Source of the DNA: an uncultured Chthonomonadaceae bacterium
GTDB taxonomy: Bacteria > Armatimonadota > Chthonomonadetes > Chthonomonadales > Chthonomonadaceae
Reading direction: 5' to 3'
DNA: 32,423 bases
Assembly (NCBI GenBank): GCA_963835065.1
Contig: CAWIEK010000021.1
Location: 1-32,423 of the forward strand
Below, piece after piece: positions 8,971 through 17,407 of the stretch. The notes beneath the pieces were generated by a model. The model searched no databases and had not been told where the DNA came from. It saw only the letters and a list, made by a program, of their open reading frames with translations. How positions within the stretch are numbered: position 1 is the first letter of the stretch; each line of letters opens with the position of its first letter. Made by a program: the position numbers and the translations under genes.

Positions 8971-9073
8971 AATCTTGCTCCCAAATAGGCGAGAAAGCGA
9001 AAAGTATTGTTAATTGAAGCGTTCGGATTGAAGCGACTTTATCAAAGTGCCTTTGCATTAAAGTGAGGCTGCT

Positions 9074-10282
9074 TCAAAATTCGCTGAGTGAATAAAGCGC
9101 CGCTTTGTTTTCCATGCCGGCAGTCTCCGTGCCGGACTTGAACGTTCCCGCAACGGCCAGTGTTTTGCCGTCCGGGGAAAGCGCGATACCATTCACGATT
9201 TCAAACGGTGTTTGCAGGGTTTTCAGGTTGCTGCCGCTTTGAACATCGTAGAACTGCACAACGCGCCCCGCGCCGGCCAGAAACGTTTTGCTGTCGGGCG
9301 TAAACGTCACGGATCGCACCCATCCTAACTGCAGGCGCAGGCGCGTTGCTTCCTGCCCCAATTGCGCGTTCCACAACAGCGCGTCCGTATCCGCGCTGCC
9401 CGTGCCAATGACTTTCCCGTCCGGCGAAAACGCAAGCGAGGTCAGCAAATCGGTATGCCCTTCCAGCGCGTGCAGTTCCTTCCACTGCCGGGCATCCCAA
9501 ATTTTCAGGGCATGGACTTCGGTTCCCGTTGCCAGGGTTGCGCCATCCGGCGAGAAGGCAACGGGGTTTTCCGCGTCTTTCAACGTTGTCAGCAATTTTC
9601 CGGTCTGCGTATCCCAAACCATCACCGTATGATCGGAACTGCCGCCCGCAATCCGCTTGCCATCCGGCGAAAAAGAAACGGAAAGCACGGCGGAACTGTG
9701 CCCGGTCAGCGTACGCAGCAGGGTTCCATCCGCAGCGTTCCACAACTTGACCGTCCGGTCCCAACTGGCGCTTGCGAGGGTTTTGCCGTCCGGCGAAAAC
9801 ACGGCCTGCGCGACGACTTCCTCATGCCCATTCAAGGTCTGCGTTTCTTTGTCGGTTGCCACATCCCATAAGCGAACGGTCTTGTCCGCGCCCGCCGTTG
9901 CCAGCGTGTTGCCGTCCGGCGAAAACGCCACGCTGTTGATAAAGTCGCTATGCCCCGTAAATACGCGCAAGGGTTTCGGCGGAGGAGCGTTGCGGCTGCA
10001 TCCTGTCAATAGGAACAGAGCGAACGTGAAGAGTGAGAGTGAAAAGTTCAGAAAGAATTTGCGCGACGGGCTGAACCCCTTTGCTGTAGGGCGTTCCGCC
10101 AACTGTCCTTCGGACAGAAACCCTCTTATAAAGAATGTTGTGTCCGAAGGACACTGGGCCGCAGGCCATACAGCGAAGGGGTTCAGCCCGTCGCCACAAC
10201 GCCACAAACGCGCCAGTAGCGACAAAACAAAGGATGCCGCTCTTTTGCCTACTTGATTTTCAACTTGTCTCGCCACTCTCAC
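9074..10282 (-). CDS. WD40-repeat lipoprotein; start uncertain (10282 GTG or 10102 TTG)
   Basis: About seven GH..V..VAFSPDG..LA......TV.LW repeats; lipobox LLTGC after a hydrophobic stretch. Confidence 0.88.
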   Translation of the reverse strand: MRVARQVENQVGKRAASFVLSLLARLWRCGDGLNPFAVWPAAQCPSDTTFFIRGFLSEGQLAERPTAKGFSPSRKFFLNFSLSLFTFALFLLTGCSRNAPPPKPLRVFTGHSDFINSVAFSPDGNTLATAGADKTVRLWDVATDKETQTLNGHEEVVAQAVFSPDGKTLASASWDRTVKLWNAADGTLLRTLTGHSSAVLSVSFSPDGKRIAGGSSDHTVMVWDTQTGKLLTTLKDAENPVAFSPDGATLATGTEVHALKIWDARQWKELHALEGHTDLLTSLAFSPDGKVIGTGSADTDALLWNAQLGQEATRLRLQLGWVRSVTFTPDSKTFLAGAGRVVQFYDVQSGSNLKTLQTPFEIVNGIALSPDGKTLAVAGTFKSGTETAGMENKAALYSLSEF

Positions 10283-10320
10283 TCTCCACTCTCACCAATC
10301 ACTAACCACCAGCCACTACT
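10027..10320. repeat. Tandem-repeat-armed hairpin enclosing the REP-like element
   Basis: gaagagtgagagtgaaaag near 10028-10046 is complementary to cactctcactctccactct (10274-10292); heptamers caccaat cactaac caccagc cactact (10293-10320) overlap the ABC stop. Confidence 0.6.
10063..10194. repeat. REP/REPIN-like 132-bp palindromic element inside the WD40 ORF
   Basis: Arms 10063-10088 and 10169-10194 pair at 25 of 26 positions; inner inverted mini-hairpins TGTCCTTCGGACA (10104-10116) and TGTCCGAAGGACA (10141-10153). Confidence 0.8.
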
Positions 10321-12074
10321 CCATGTCCTTCCAGCGCGACGGCGAATTGCTGATTGTACAATCCGGCGTAACTTCCGCCGAGCGCCAGCAGTTCGGAATG
10401 GCTGCCGGCTTCCAGAATGTTGCCCTTTTCCATAACCACAATTTTGTCGGCTTTGACAATCGTGGACAGGCGGTGCGCGATGACAAAACTGGTGCGCCCG
10501 GCCATCAGGCGATCCAGGGCTTCCTGAATCAAGGCTTCGGTTTCCGAGTCCAGGGCGCTTGTCGCTTCGTCCAGAATCAGGATGCGCGGGTCGGACAGAA
10601 TGGCGCGGGCAATGGCGACGCGCTGCTTTTCGCCGCCCGACAGCTTGGTTCCATCCTCGCCGATTTTGGTGTCGTAGCCGCGCGGCAGGGCTTCAATGAC
10701 GTGCGCGATGTTGGCTGACTTTGCGGCTTCTTCCACTTCCTGATCCGTCGCGTCCAGTTTCCCGTAGCGAATGTTTTCCCGAATGGTCGTGTTGAACAGG
10801 ATGGTTTCCTGTATGACAACGCCTACCTGCCGCCGCAGAGATTTCAGCGCAATGTCGCGCACGTCATGCCCGTCAACGGTAATACGTCCCTCCTGCACAT
10901 CGTAATGCCGTTGCAGCAGGTTTATCATCGTAGTTTTGCCCGACCCGGACTGCCCCACAAGCGCGATCATCTGCCCCGCCTTCACGTCCAGGCTGACGCC
11001 CTTGATAACGGGATGGTCCGGCTCGTAGCCGAACCAAATGTCATCATAACGCACATCGCCGCGCACGTCGGGCAAAACAATCGCGCCCGGTTTGTCTTCC
11101 ACATTGGGCTTGGTGTCAAGGTTCGTGAAGATGCGCCAAAGCGCCGTGTTCACGCGGGCGATCTGGTCATTGAGAGAAATCAAGCGCTGCGTGGGCTGGT
11201 ACACATAGCCGCCCATGTAGCCGTAAAAAGCGATCAGCGAACCCGGCGAGATTTCGCCCTGCATCACCAATTTGCCGCCGTACCATAGCAGCAAGGCCGT
11301 GCCGCATCCACTGGCGATAAACTCCGACAGGCCGACAAGGGCAGTGGAATACGCGGTCATGCGAACGTTGAGGCCGAGCAGGTTACGAGTCTCGCCCGCG
11401 AAATGCCGCACTTCCGCCCGCTCTCGAGCATACGAGCGGACCACCTGCACACCCGCCAGTTTTTCCTGCAAATCGCCGTACAAAACTTCGCGCTGTTCCC
11501 GCACTTCATGGCTGGCGAGCTTGATTTTACCGATGAACGCCCTGTAGTTGAGGATGTACAGCGGATACACGGACAAAGCCACAAGCGCCAGTTTCCAGTT
11601 CAAATAAATCAAAAAGCCCAATGCGCTGACAAGCATCACGACATCCTGCAAGACCGTGACGAAGCTGCCGCCGATGAGTTGATCGAGCGAGGCCACGTCG
11701 TTGGTAATGTTGGACATCAGCTTGCCGGTGGAAGCCTTTTCAAAAAAGCCAAGCGACAAGGATTGGATATGCGAATACAGCTTTTGCCGCATGTCGTACT
11801 TGAAGCGCTGCCCCAAATACGTGACCGCGTAGGAAAGCCAGTAGCCGACGAACGAACTGGCCGTAGACAGCGCGACGAACACGATAAACACCCGCGCCAG
11901 AGGAACATGCCAGTTTTCCCGCACATGCGCGTCGGAAAGGCTGTCAATGAGATACTTGAGGATGTAGGGCGGGGGCAGGGAAAGCGCGGCAGTCAGCAGG
12001 GTAAGGACAACCACAATCGCCATCACGCGCCAGTAAGGACGCAGTTCTTTCAAAAATCGCGCGAAGTTTTGCAT
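10302..12074 (-). CDS. ABC exporter half-transporter (TMD+NBD) with consensus NBD
   Basis: GQSGSGKT, LSGGEKQR, ILILDEATS, AHRLST; paralog of 7216..8970. Confidence 0.95.
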   Translation of the reverse strand: MQNFARFLKELRPYWRVMAIVVVLTLLTAALSLPPPYILKYLIDSLSDAHVRENWHVPLARVFIVFVALSTASSFVGYWLSYAVTYLGQRFKYDMRQKLYSHIQSLSLGFFEKASTGKLMSNITNDVASLDQLIGGSFVTVLQDVVMLVSALGFLIYLNWKLALVALSVYPLYILNYRAFIGKIKLASHEVREQREVLYGDLQEKLAGVQVVRSYARERAEVRHFAGETRNLLGLNVRMTAYSTALVGLSEFIASGCGTALLLWYGGKLVMQGEISPGSLIAFYGYMGGYVYQPTQRLISLNDQIARVNTALWRIFTNLDTKPNVEDKPGAIVLPDVRGDVRYDDIWFGYEPDHPVIKGVSLDVKAGQMIALVGQSGSGKTTMINLLQRHYDVQEGRITVDGHDVRDIALKSLRRQVGVVIQETILFNTTIRENIRYGKLDATDQEVEEAAKSANIAHVIEALPRGYDTKIGEDGTKLSGGEKQRVAIARAILSDPRILILDEATSALDSETEALIQEALDRLMAGRTSFVIAHRLSTIVKADKIVVMEKGNILEAGSHSELLALGGSYAGLYNQQFAVALEGHGVVAGG

Positions 12075-12460
12075 AATGCCGGTTCCAGAAAGGCGATACC
12101 GTTTCCAAGTTGCGTAAACGCCACATTTACCTGTGCTAAAGCAGTTTGGAAGAAGCGTTCAGGGCAGACGGCCTGCGAACAACAAAGCCTCGGTCAGGCT
12201 CCAGGCTGTGAGCATGGCAAAGGCGCGTAGTTTTATCTTCGGCTTTCTATACGTCTATTCTACACTATAAATCACCATTATCGCCACAGTTTGCAGTAAT
12301 TGCTTGCGCGGGTATATCAATGTAACTACATCAGAGTTGCCGCCCTGCTCGTTTTCACGGACGCCGGATGGCTGCAAAGTTCGTAAACTGACGAATGGCA
12401 GCAGGACAGAGGTTCCCGAAATGTTGTCTTGATACTCAGATCAGGCGAACAAACGGAAGC

Positions 12461-12502
12461 AAGCAAACAGGCATTGGTAGAGTTGCCAATGCCTGTTTGC
12501 TT
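12461..12502 (-). terminator. 17-bp hairpin, probable terminator
   Basis: AAGCAAACAGGCATTGG / CCAATGCCTGTTTGCTT, 18 nt past the stop of the small minus-strand gene. Confidence 0.65.
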
Positions 12503-12520
12503 ATGTTTATGTGGATGCCG

Positions 12521-12727
12521 TTAGCGGCGATGTACTTTGCTGCTTTTCTTCGGACGCGCCGCAACGGAGCGGTTGTCGCCCTCCGAACTAAACGTCCGTA
12601 CCCCACCCATCGGGATACGCTCGAAACATTTTCCACAATAGTAGTTGTCTCGCTTAACGGCGGCAACAGGCACACTGGCCCGATGCTGACACTGCGGACA
12701 AACGATAGGCACTTCCCCGGATGCCAT
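12521..12727 (-). CDS. Small zinc-ribbon hypothetical protein
   Basis: MASGEVPIVCPQC...YYCGKC with a basic tail; ATG 12727 preceded by AAAGGGG. Confidence 0.65.
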   Translation of the reverse strand: MASGEVPIVCPQCQHRASVPVAAVKRDNYYCGKCFERIPMGGVRTFSSEGDNRSVAARPKKSSKVHRR

Positions 12728-12773
12728 TGGCAACCCCTTTCCGGCGACTTGCGCCTTGCAAACTGCTTGGGAC

Positions 12774-12836
12774 AATGATGAGTGATGAATGATGAGTGAT
12801 GAATAGAATTTCGTTCATCATTCATCACTCATCATT
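12774..12836. repeat. Heptamer-armed hairpin (GATGART)4 / (TCATCAY)3
   Basis: Left arm 12774-12804, right arm 12814-12836; 22 consecutive complementary bases. Confidence 0.85.
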
Positions 12837-12840
12837 TCCT

Positions 12841-13551
12841 CTAATACCCAACACCTAACACATACAACATCAGAACAAAATGACACGCGCTTCCTCCCAG
12901 GACAAACACATGCCATAAGTCGTGCGCGCCGAACTTGCCGGGCCATAAGCGGGGCCAGTTGGTCGCGTAAAATACGGTTCCCACGGTGTACAATACGCCG
13001 CCGCCGATAAGCCAGTACAGCGCGCTTCGCGGCAGGGTCGCCCACAACGAGGGAAGGGCGAGCAATGCAAGCCAGCCCATGCCGAGATACAAAACCACGC
13101 GCAGCCACTCCGGCTTGCTGTTGAACAGCAGAACGCAGCCAATCCCGATGGCTGCCAGCAGGTACTCCGCGCCAAGCAGACTCAATCCCCACCCACTGCG
13201 CAGAGGAACAAGGCACAGGGGCGCATACGTTCCCGCAATCAGCAGGAAAATAGCGCTGTGATCGAAGCGCATCAGGCGGTTGAGATGCCGTTCCGAAACA
13301 TGCAGGCTATGGTACAGGCCACTGGCAAGATACAACACAATCAAACTGCCGCCGTAAATGGCGAAGCCCAGCGTGTGCCAGGGCTTGCCCCGCGACAAAA
13401 CCAGCAGCGCAATCAAACCTAAAACCGAAATCACCGCCCCGGCAAGGTGCGAAAAGCCGCTAAACGGCTCACGCGGCCAGAAGCGTTTGCTTGCCGCCAC
13501 TTGCACGGACGGTTTCTGATTTTCAACTTCATTTACATTGATTTCGGACAT
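12841..13551 (-). CDS. Hemolysin III / PAQR-family membrane protein (TrhA/YqfA-like)
   Basis: EPFSGFSH, SGLYH, RFDHSAIFLLIAGTYAP, YTVG, HDLWHVFVLGGSACHF. Confidence 0.93.
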   Translation of the reverse strand: MSEINVNEVENQKPSVQVAASKRFWPREPFSGFSHLAGAVISVLGLIALLVLSRGKPWHTLGFAIYGGSLIVLYLASGLYHSLHVSERHLNRLMRFDHSAIFLLIAGTYAPLCLVPLRSGWGLSLLGAEYLLAAIGIGCVLLFNSKPEWLRVVLYLGMGWLALLALPSLWATLPRSALYWLIGGGVLYTVGTVFYATNWPRLWPGKFGAHDLWHVFVLGGSACHFVLMLYVLGVGY

Positions 13552-13596
13552 AAGCCTCTATCAGCGCAACACCGCCTGCCGGTCAAACTTTGGTTC

Positions 13597-13836
13597 TCAG
13601 CGGGGAGAGTGATAGGTCGTGGTTCGCTTCTTGGAAAGCCGCTCCCGGTCATTCTGAAATTCTATTTCGCGCTGCGCGGCGGCTTCGGGCTTGTCGAGTT
13701 CTTCTTGGGCAAGGCGCTCCGCCTTGCTGCGCTGGAATTCGGCGAGACGCTCCGCTTCCTGCTGTTCTGCCGGCGAACCCGGTACGCACTGGCTGGTAAA
13801 CGCCAGTTTGCTTGCACGGTCTTGATTGGTAGACAT
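13597..13836 (-). CDS. Hypothetical charged helical protein (start 13836 ATG or 13890 TTG)
   Basis: Open frame co-oriented with neighbours; E/Q/R-rich; no recognised motif. Confidence 0.5.
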   Translation of the reverse strand: MSTNQDRASKLAFTSQCVPGSPAEQQEAERLAEFQRSKAERLAQEELDKPEAAAQREIEFQNDRERLSKKRTTTYHSPR

Positions 13837-13929
13837 AATTGATTTTGCCTTCTCAGGATCGGCTATGGGCGGCTCTTGCGCTGTCGCCAAACCCTGCGCG
13901 GGGTTGATGCCTGTACGCTTTCTCTATCC

Positions 13930-13990
13930 AAAAACAAAACCCCTGACCTCAAACGCGCAGTCTGCAAAATGCGCGTGAGTGAGAGGGGTT
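13930..13990 (-). terminator. Terminator-like hairpin in the leader of the 13597 gene
   Basis: AACCCCT/AGGGGTT outer stem and ACGCGCA/TGCGCGT inner stem, followed on the minus strand by TTTTGTTTTT. Confidence 0.5.
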
Positions 13991-14060
13991 GGCCTCCGGC
14001 GTATTTGGAAAAAGCGAGCCTGAATATATCCAAGGATAGGCCAGGCGAGTGGTTTAATTT

Positions 14061-14071
14061 AGTATACCACA
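14061..14071 (-). promoter_or_regulatory. Extended -10 promoter (TGTGGTATACT)
   Basis: Minus strand TGTG-G-TATACT, divergent from the higBA-like promoter. Confidence 0.5.
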
Positions 14072-14190
14072 CAATTCCTAGCTGCGCCCTCCACATACCT
14101 GTATGTCTCAGGGCTGGTAGATCGAAGATTGTAAAGACCTTTCAGGTATCAGACTGTAAGAGAGTTCCTGATAAAGATAATCAAAGCCTC

Positions 14191-14219
14191 TTGATTTTAT
14201 GTCCAAAAAGGCATATACT
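14191..14219 (+). promoter_or_regulatory. Promoter and operator of the toxin-first TA module, probably leaderless
   Basis: TTGATT, 17 bp spacer, TATACT; ATG 5 nt downstream; imperfect palindrome TATGTCC-AAAA-AGGCATA in the spacer. Confidence 0.65.
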
Positions 14220-14224
14220 GGAGT

Positions 14225-14563
14225 ATGGATGAAAAAGAGATCGTCTGGATGAGCAGCGAAGTTAAGACGCCGCCGTTTTCAGAAACGGCGCGAGTGGAGG
14301 CCGGACACTATCTTCGTCTGTTACAGCAGGGACACTTGCTTTCTATGCCACAGTCGCGTCCAATGCCACCGTTAGGAGCGGGCTGTCACGAGTTGCGCGT
14401 GAACGATGCCACGGTAAACATACAATGGCGGATAATGGTCTATATTGATGAGGATGCTCTTGTCGTCCTGAATGTTTTTGAGAAGAAGACGCAAAGAACA
14501 TCACCGGCGGACTTGGAAACTTGCAGGCAGAGACTAGCCAGATACTTGAGAGATAGCCGTTAA
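14225..14563 (+). CDS. RelE/HigB-like (Gp49-type) toxin
   Basis: KTPPFSETARVEAGHYLRLLQQG..LSMPQSRPMP.LG.GCHELRV...WRIM...VLNVFEKKTQRT. Confidence 0.9.
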   Translation: MDEKEIVWMSSEVKTPPFSETARVEAGHYLRLLQQGHLLSMPQSRPMPPLGAGCHELRVNDATVNIQWRIMVYIDEDALVVLNVFEKKTQRTSPADLETCRQRLARYLRDSR

Positions 14564-14578
14564 GAAAGGGCATGAAAC

Positions 14579-14890
14579 ATGCGCGCAGAAAAAAGAGCGA
14601 AACTTGAGGCCGCTGGTTATAGCGTAGGAACCGTTGCTGAATTTCTGCAACTGTCTCCCAGTGAGGCTGAGATGGTAGAAATGCGAGTTGCGCTTGTGAA
14701 CATGGCAAAAACGCTGCGCGCGGAGGCCAACCTGACTCAGGCAACGCTTGCAGCAAGAATCCACACAAATCAAGCGCGAATCGCTAAAATGGAGGCTGCC
14801 GACCCCGGCATATCCACGGACTTCATATTAAAGGCGCTGTTTGCTCTCGGCGCAAGCCGCAAGCAAGTGGCTCAAGCCATAGCAGCATAG
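14579..14890 (+). CDS. XRE-family HTH antitoxin (HigA-like)
   Basis: GTVAEFLQLS...LTQATLAARIHTNQARIAKMEAADPGISTD. Confidence 0.9.
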   Translation: MRAEKRAKLEAAGYSVGTVAEFLQLSPSEAEMVEMRVALVNMAKTLRAEANLTQATLAARIHTNQARIAKMEAADPGISTDFILKALFALGASRKQVAQAIAA

Positions 14891-15113
14891 CGTCTGAGAG
14901 TCACGTTCAAGCACATCAGGCGTTACGGCCAGTACGTTGAATGTAGACACTCTGCAATTCACCTGTATCTTTGTCTATAGTGGCTCCATTTGTCAGTGTA
15001 GCATCAGGTGCTAAGGTAGGCTGCACGATTAAGGTTTTACGTTCAACCGTTCAATTTCTGCTTCACTTAAGCGGGCAATTCCAAAACGGTATTTGAGGAT
15101 GAATTACTAAAGT

Positions 15114-15150
15114 AAAGCCCTGCTAAGTGGTAATCACTTAGCAGGGCTTT
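15114..15150. terminator. Bidirectional intrinsic terminator
   Basis: AAAGCCCTGCTAAGTG / CACTTAGCAGGGCTTT, 16-bp perfect stem between convergent genes. Confidence 0.8.
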
Positions 15151-15164
15151 CATACATGAATGCA

Positions 15165-15563
15165 TCAACTAATTTCTATCGTGCCGCCGATGTTGAAGTC
15201 TACGTTCATGTTATACGAGCGTAATAGTCCTGTTCCCACAAGAACCGATTTGCCCATACACACGATATTCACGTATTTCTTGCTTCCTTGCCAATGTACA
15301 TGGCCTTCGTAAATATCAGCAAGTATAAATTCATCATCGGCTTGGCGCATTTTAGCAGTTTCAACATAGGACAACCCGAACAGTTTAACCTCTGCGATAG
15401 AAACCACTAAATCGGCGTCACACCCGGTGTCTATCAAAGCGCGTATCGTTCCAGTATGCCCTTCAAGATGATAAAGAACAATGTCAATCTCCAACTCGTA
15501 TCTACTGTTGACTCTGCCTTTTTCCATGAAATTTTCCGGGTATACAAGATGGAGGCGTGTCAC
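15165..15563 (-). CDS. Clan AA (retropepsin-like) aspartic protease
   Basis: ALIDTG catalytic motif and C-terminal LVGTGLL psi-loop; GTGA coupling to the upstream gene (alternative start 15527). Confidence 0.85.
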   Translation of the reverse strand: MTRLHLVYPENFMEKGRVNSRYELEIDIVLYHLEGHTGTIRALIDTGCDADLVVSIAEVKLFGLSYVETAKMRQADDEFILADIYEGHVHWQGSKKYVNIVCMGKSVLVGTGLLRSYNMNVDFNIGGTIEIS

Positions 15564-15895
15564 AGACTGAACATAGCCGTATGTCCGATTCTGGCTCCAT
15601 ATAGCCGCGCATGGGGATTCTTGCGCAAAAGTATTTTCGCGGCAACTATCGGGCTATCAGCGACAGCACATTCCATACTGTCTACATCTATGGATACAAA
15701 TTTATCCCGGCTAGAGGTTTCTAATTCCTGCTTGCATTTTTCATAAATGGCTTCACCCATTTTGACAATTTCATACCGTTCTTCATTTGAAGGGGCAGGT
15801 CGAGGGATGGCTGCGTTCGCCACCTGATTATCTTTTGCTACCTCTGAAATGTTGGAGCAGTCTATTATATTCATAATTCTCTCTCCCTCCTTCAA
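15560..15895 (-). CDS. Small DUF5678-like partner of the aspartic protease
   Basis: GEAIYEK..QELE....KFVSIDVDS......S...AA..L..KNP.A.LY..RIG pattern. Confidence 0.65.
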   Translation of the reverse strand: MKEGERIMNIIDCSNISEVAKDNQVANAAIPRPAPSNEERYEIVKMGEAIYEKCKQELETSSRDKFVSIDVDSMECAVADSPIVAAKILLRKNPHARLYGARIGHTAMFSL

Positions 15896-15988
15896 AATTG
15901 GCAGGTTTGTTACATACCCATTATACCCGTTGTTTGGGGCAAGTTATTGGGATAGTTATACCACTGCTGTTCAGTCGGGTATGGCGTG

Positions 15989-16294
15989 TCAGTGCATCTG
16001 CTGTTTTTTATCGTCTTCATCGGGCGGAAATAGCATCAGGGCGCATTGCCCGCACACTTTGGGCGGCTTGCGGGGCGCGGTGGGGCGGTGCAGGATGGGA
16101 GCGCCGCAGCCCGCGCACGGAACGCGCACGTCGTCTTTGAAGTACGGCTTGCCGTCCGGCAGTTCGGAAATGCGCAGGCAGACCACACAATCCACTTCTT
16201 CCGCATCTTCCTGCGAAATGATGTTGATTTTATTGCCGCGAATGTTCATGGTTCCCAACGAGCGCGGCTCTTTTTTCTCTGGTTTATCCGGCAT
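15989..16294 (-). CDS. Hypothetical Cys-rich (zinc-binding) protein
   Basis: Three CxxC motifs (CVVC, CAGC, CGQC). Confidence 0.6.
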   Translation of the reverse strand: MPDKPEKKEPRSLGTMNIRGNKINIISQEDAEEVDCVVCLRISELPDGKPYFKDDVRVPCAGCGAPILHRPTAPRKPPKVCGQCALMLFPPDEDDKKQQMH

Positions 16295-16321
16295 GGCGTG
16301 TCCCGTAGTTGATATTGCTCA

Positions 16322-17407
16322 TTATTTGCGCAGGAAAAGCAGGGCGTTGCTCAGGTCGCGGCCCGGATGGGTAATCATTTGCCCCTTGACGTACAGGCCG
16401 CTGGACGCGCCGCCATCTAAATTCATGGCCTGAACCGCGCCCAACTGTTTCATAATCTGCGCGAGTTCGGCGCAGGTCGGGCCGGCAACCGTAACGAGCA
16501 GGGCGTTGCCGTTGGGCAAAATGCCGATGGCGCTGCGCTGGCCCCGATCCGTCAGCACTTTGGGGTCGGCAAAGCCTTCGCCCGCCGCGTCCACCCGTAC
16601 TTGCCCGTCCGTCAGCAGGCGCGGCCCGGCTCCCACCCCGTCATGCACCTGCTGCCAGATTTCCGGGTTGCGGTCCGGCTGGAGTTCCGTGTGAAATCCC
16701 ACCCGCGCGCCCACCGGGAACTTACTCGCTTCGGCTTCTTCCGAACCCCGAAAATTGATGACAAAGCCTACAGTCGGAATAGCCGCATCGCCCCGTACTA
16801 CGCTGGAAACCACTGTTTTATTGACCACAACGGAAACACCGCCCGATAAGCGGCAGCGCTGCCCCCGCGCCGGCGTGAAAATGGCGATGTTGTTGGGCGC
16901 GGTAGGCGTGTGATTGATCCAATAGCCGTACCAGAAATCGGGGGTACGGCTGCGGGGCGTTTCCACCGTGCCGCGAATGGGCATTTGCAATCTTCCCATC
17001 ACGGCGCGGGTATCGGTGAAGCCGACAACCGTGCCAATCGAGCCTTTGTGGATCACCTGCCCGTTGCGTATCAGCGTCATATTGGGGTCTTTGTCCCCGG
17101 TCTTGTTGTAAGCGTCGAAAAACGAGCCGTTGATCGCCGCGACAACATTGCCTTCGCGCCGTATCAGGCTTTCTAATGGTTCCGTCCGTCCGATGCCGTC
17201 TTTTGCTACCGCGATATGCGCCAGCAGATGCCCGCCCGCCAAATTCAGCGTAACGATGTTGCAGCGAAACCCGGTTCCGCCCACGCGAACCAGCCGTGTC
17301 GTATATTGGGCGTCATTGCCGGGTGGAGCCGAGCGTGAGGGGAGTGTCAGGCTGCTCAGGCTGCACAGCGAAAACAGGGCGACTTTCCACGCGATTTTCC
17401 GATTCAA
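16322..17407 (-). CDS. Phosphodiester glycosidase (NAGPA/DUF2233) family secreted protein
   Basis: AAINGSFF, GAGPRLL, RSAIG, AMNLDGGASS motifs; signal peptide after a probable TTG start at 17407. Confidence 0.88.
   Translation of the reverse strand: MNRKIAWKVALFSLCSLSSLTLPSRSAPPGNDAQYTTRLVRVGGTGFRCNIVTLNLAGGHLLAHIAVAKDGIGRTEPLESLIRREGNVVAAINGSFFDAYNKTGDKDPNMTLIRNGQVIHKGSIGTVVGFTDTRAVMGRLQMPIRGTVETPRSRTPDFWYGYWINHTPTAPNNIAIFTPARGQRCRLSGGVSVVVNKTVVSSVVRGDAAIPTVGFVINFRGSEEAEASKFPVGARVGFHTELQPDRNPEIWQQVHDGVGAGPRLLTDGQVRVDAAGEGFADPKVLTDRGQRSAIGILPNGNALLVTVAGPTCAELAQIMKQLGAVQAMNLDGGASSGLYVKGQMITHPGRDLSNALLFLRK

Noticed and set aside
9028..9077. Imperfect hairpin between the WD40 and ABC genes
   Set aside because: Interrupted stem with no U-tract; no function can be assigned.
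9200..9960. Recurring CCGTCCGGCGAAAA-like sequence at ~125-bp spacing (CRISPR-like periodicity)
   Set aside because: These are the FSPDG codons of WD40 repeats.
12076..12440. Long leader upstream of the ABC gene as a possible riboswitch
   Set aside because: No recognisable aptamer consensus or terminator; an Rfam scan would be needed.
14895..15110. Short minus-strand peptide fragments in the AT-rich gap
   Set aside because: Under 40 aa, no RBS and no recognisable family.
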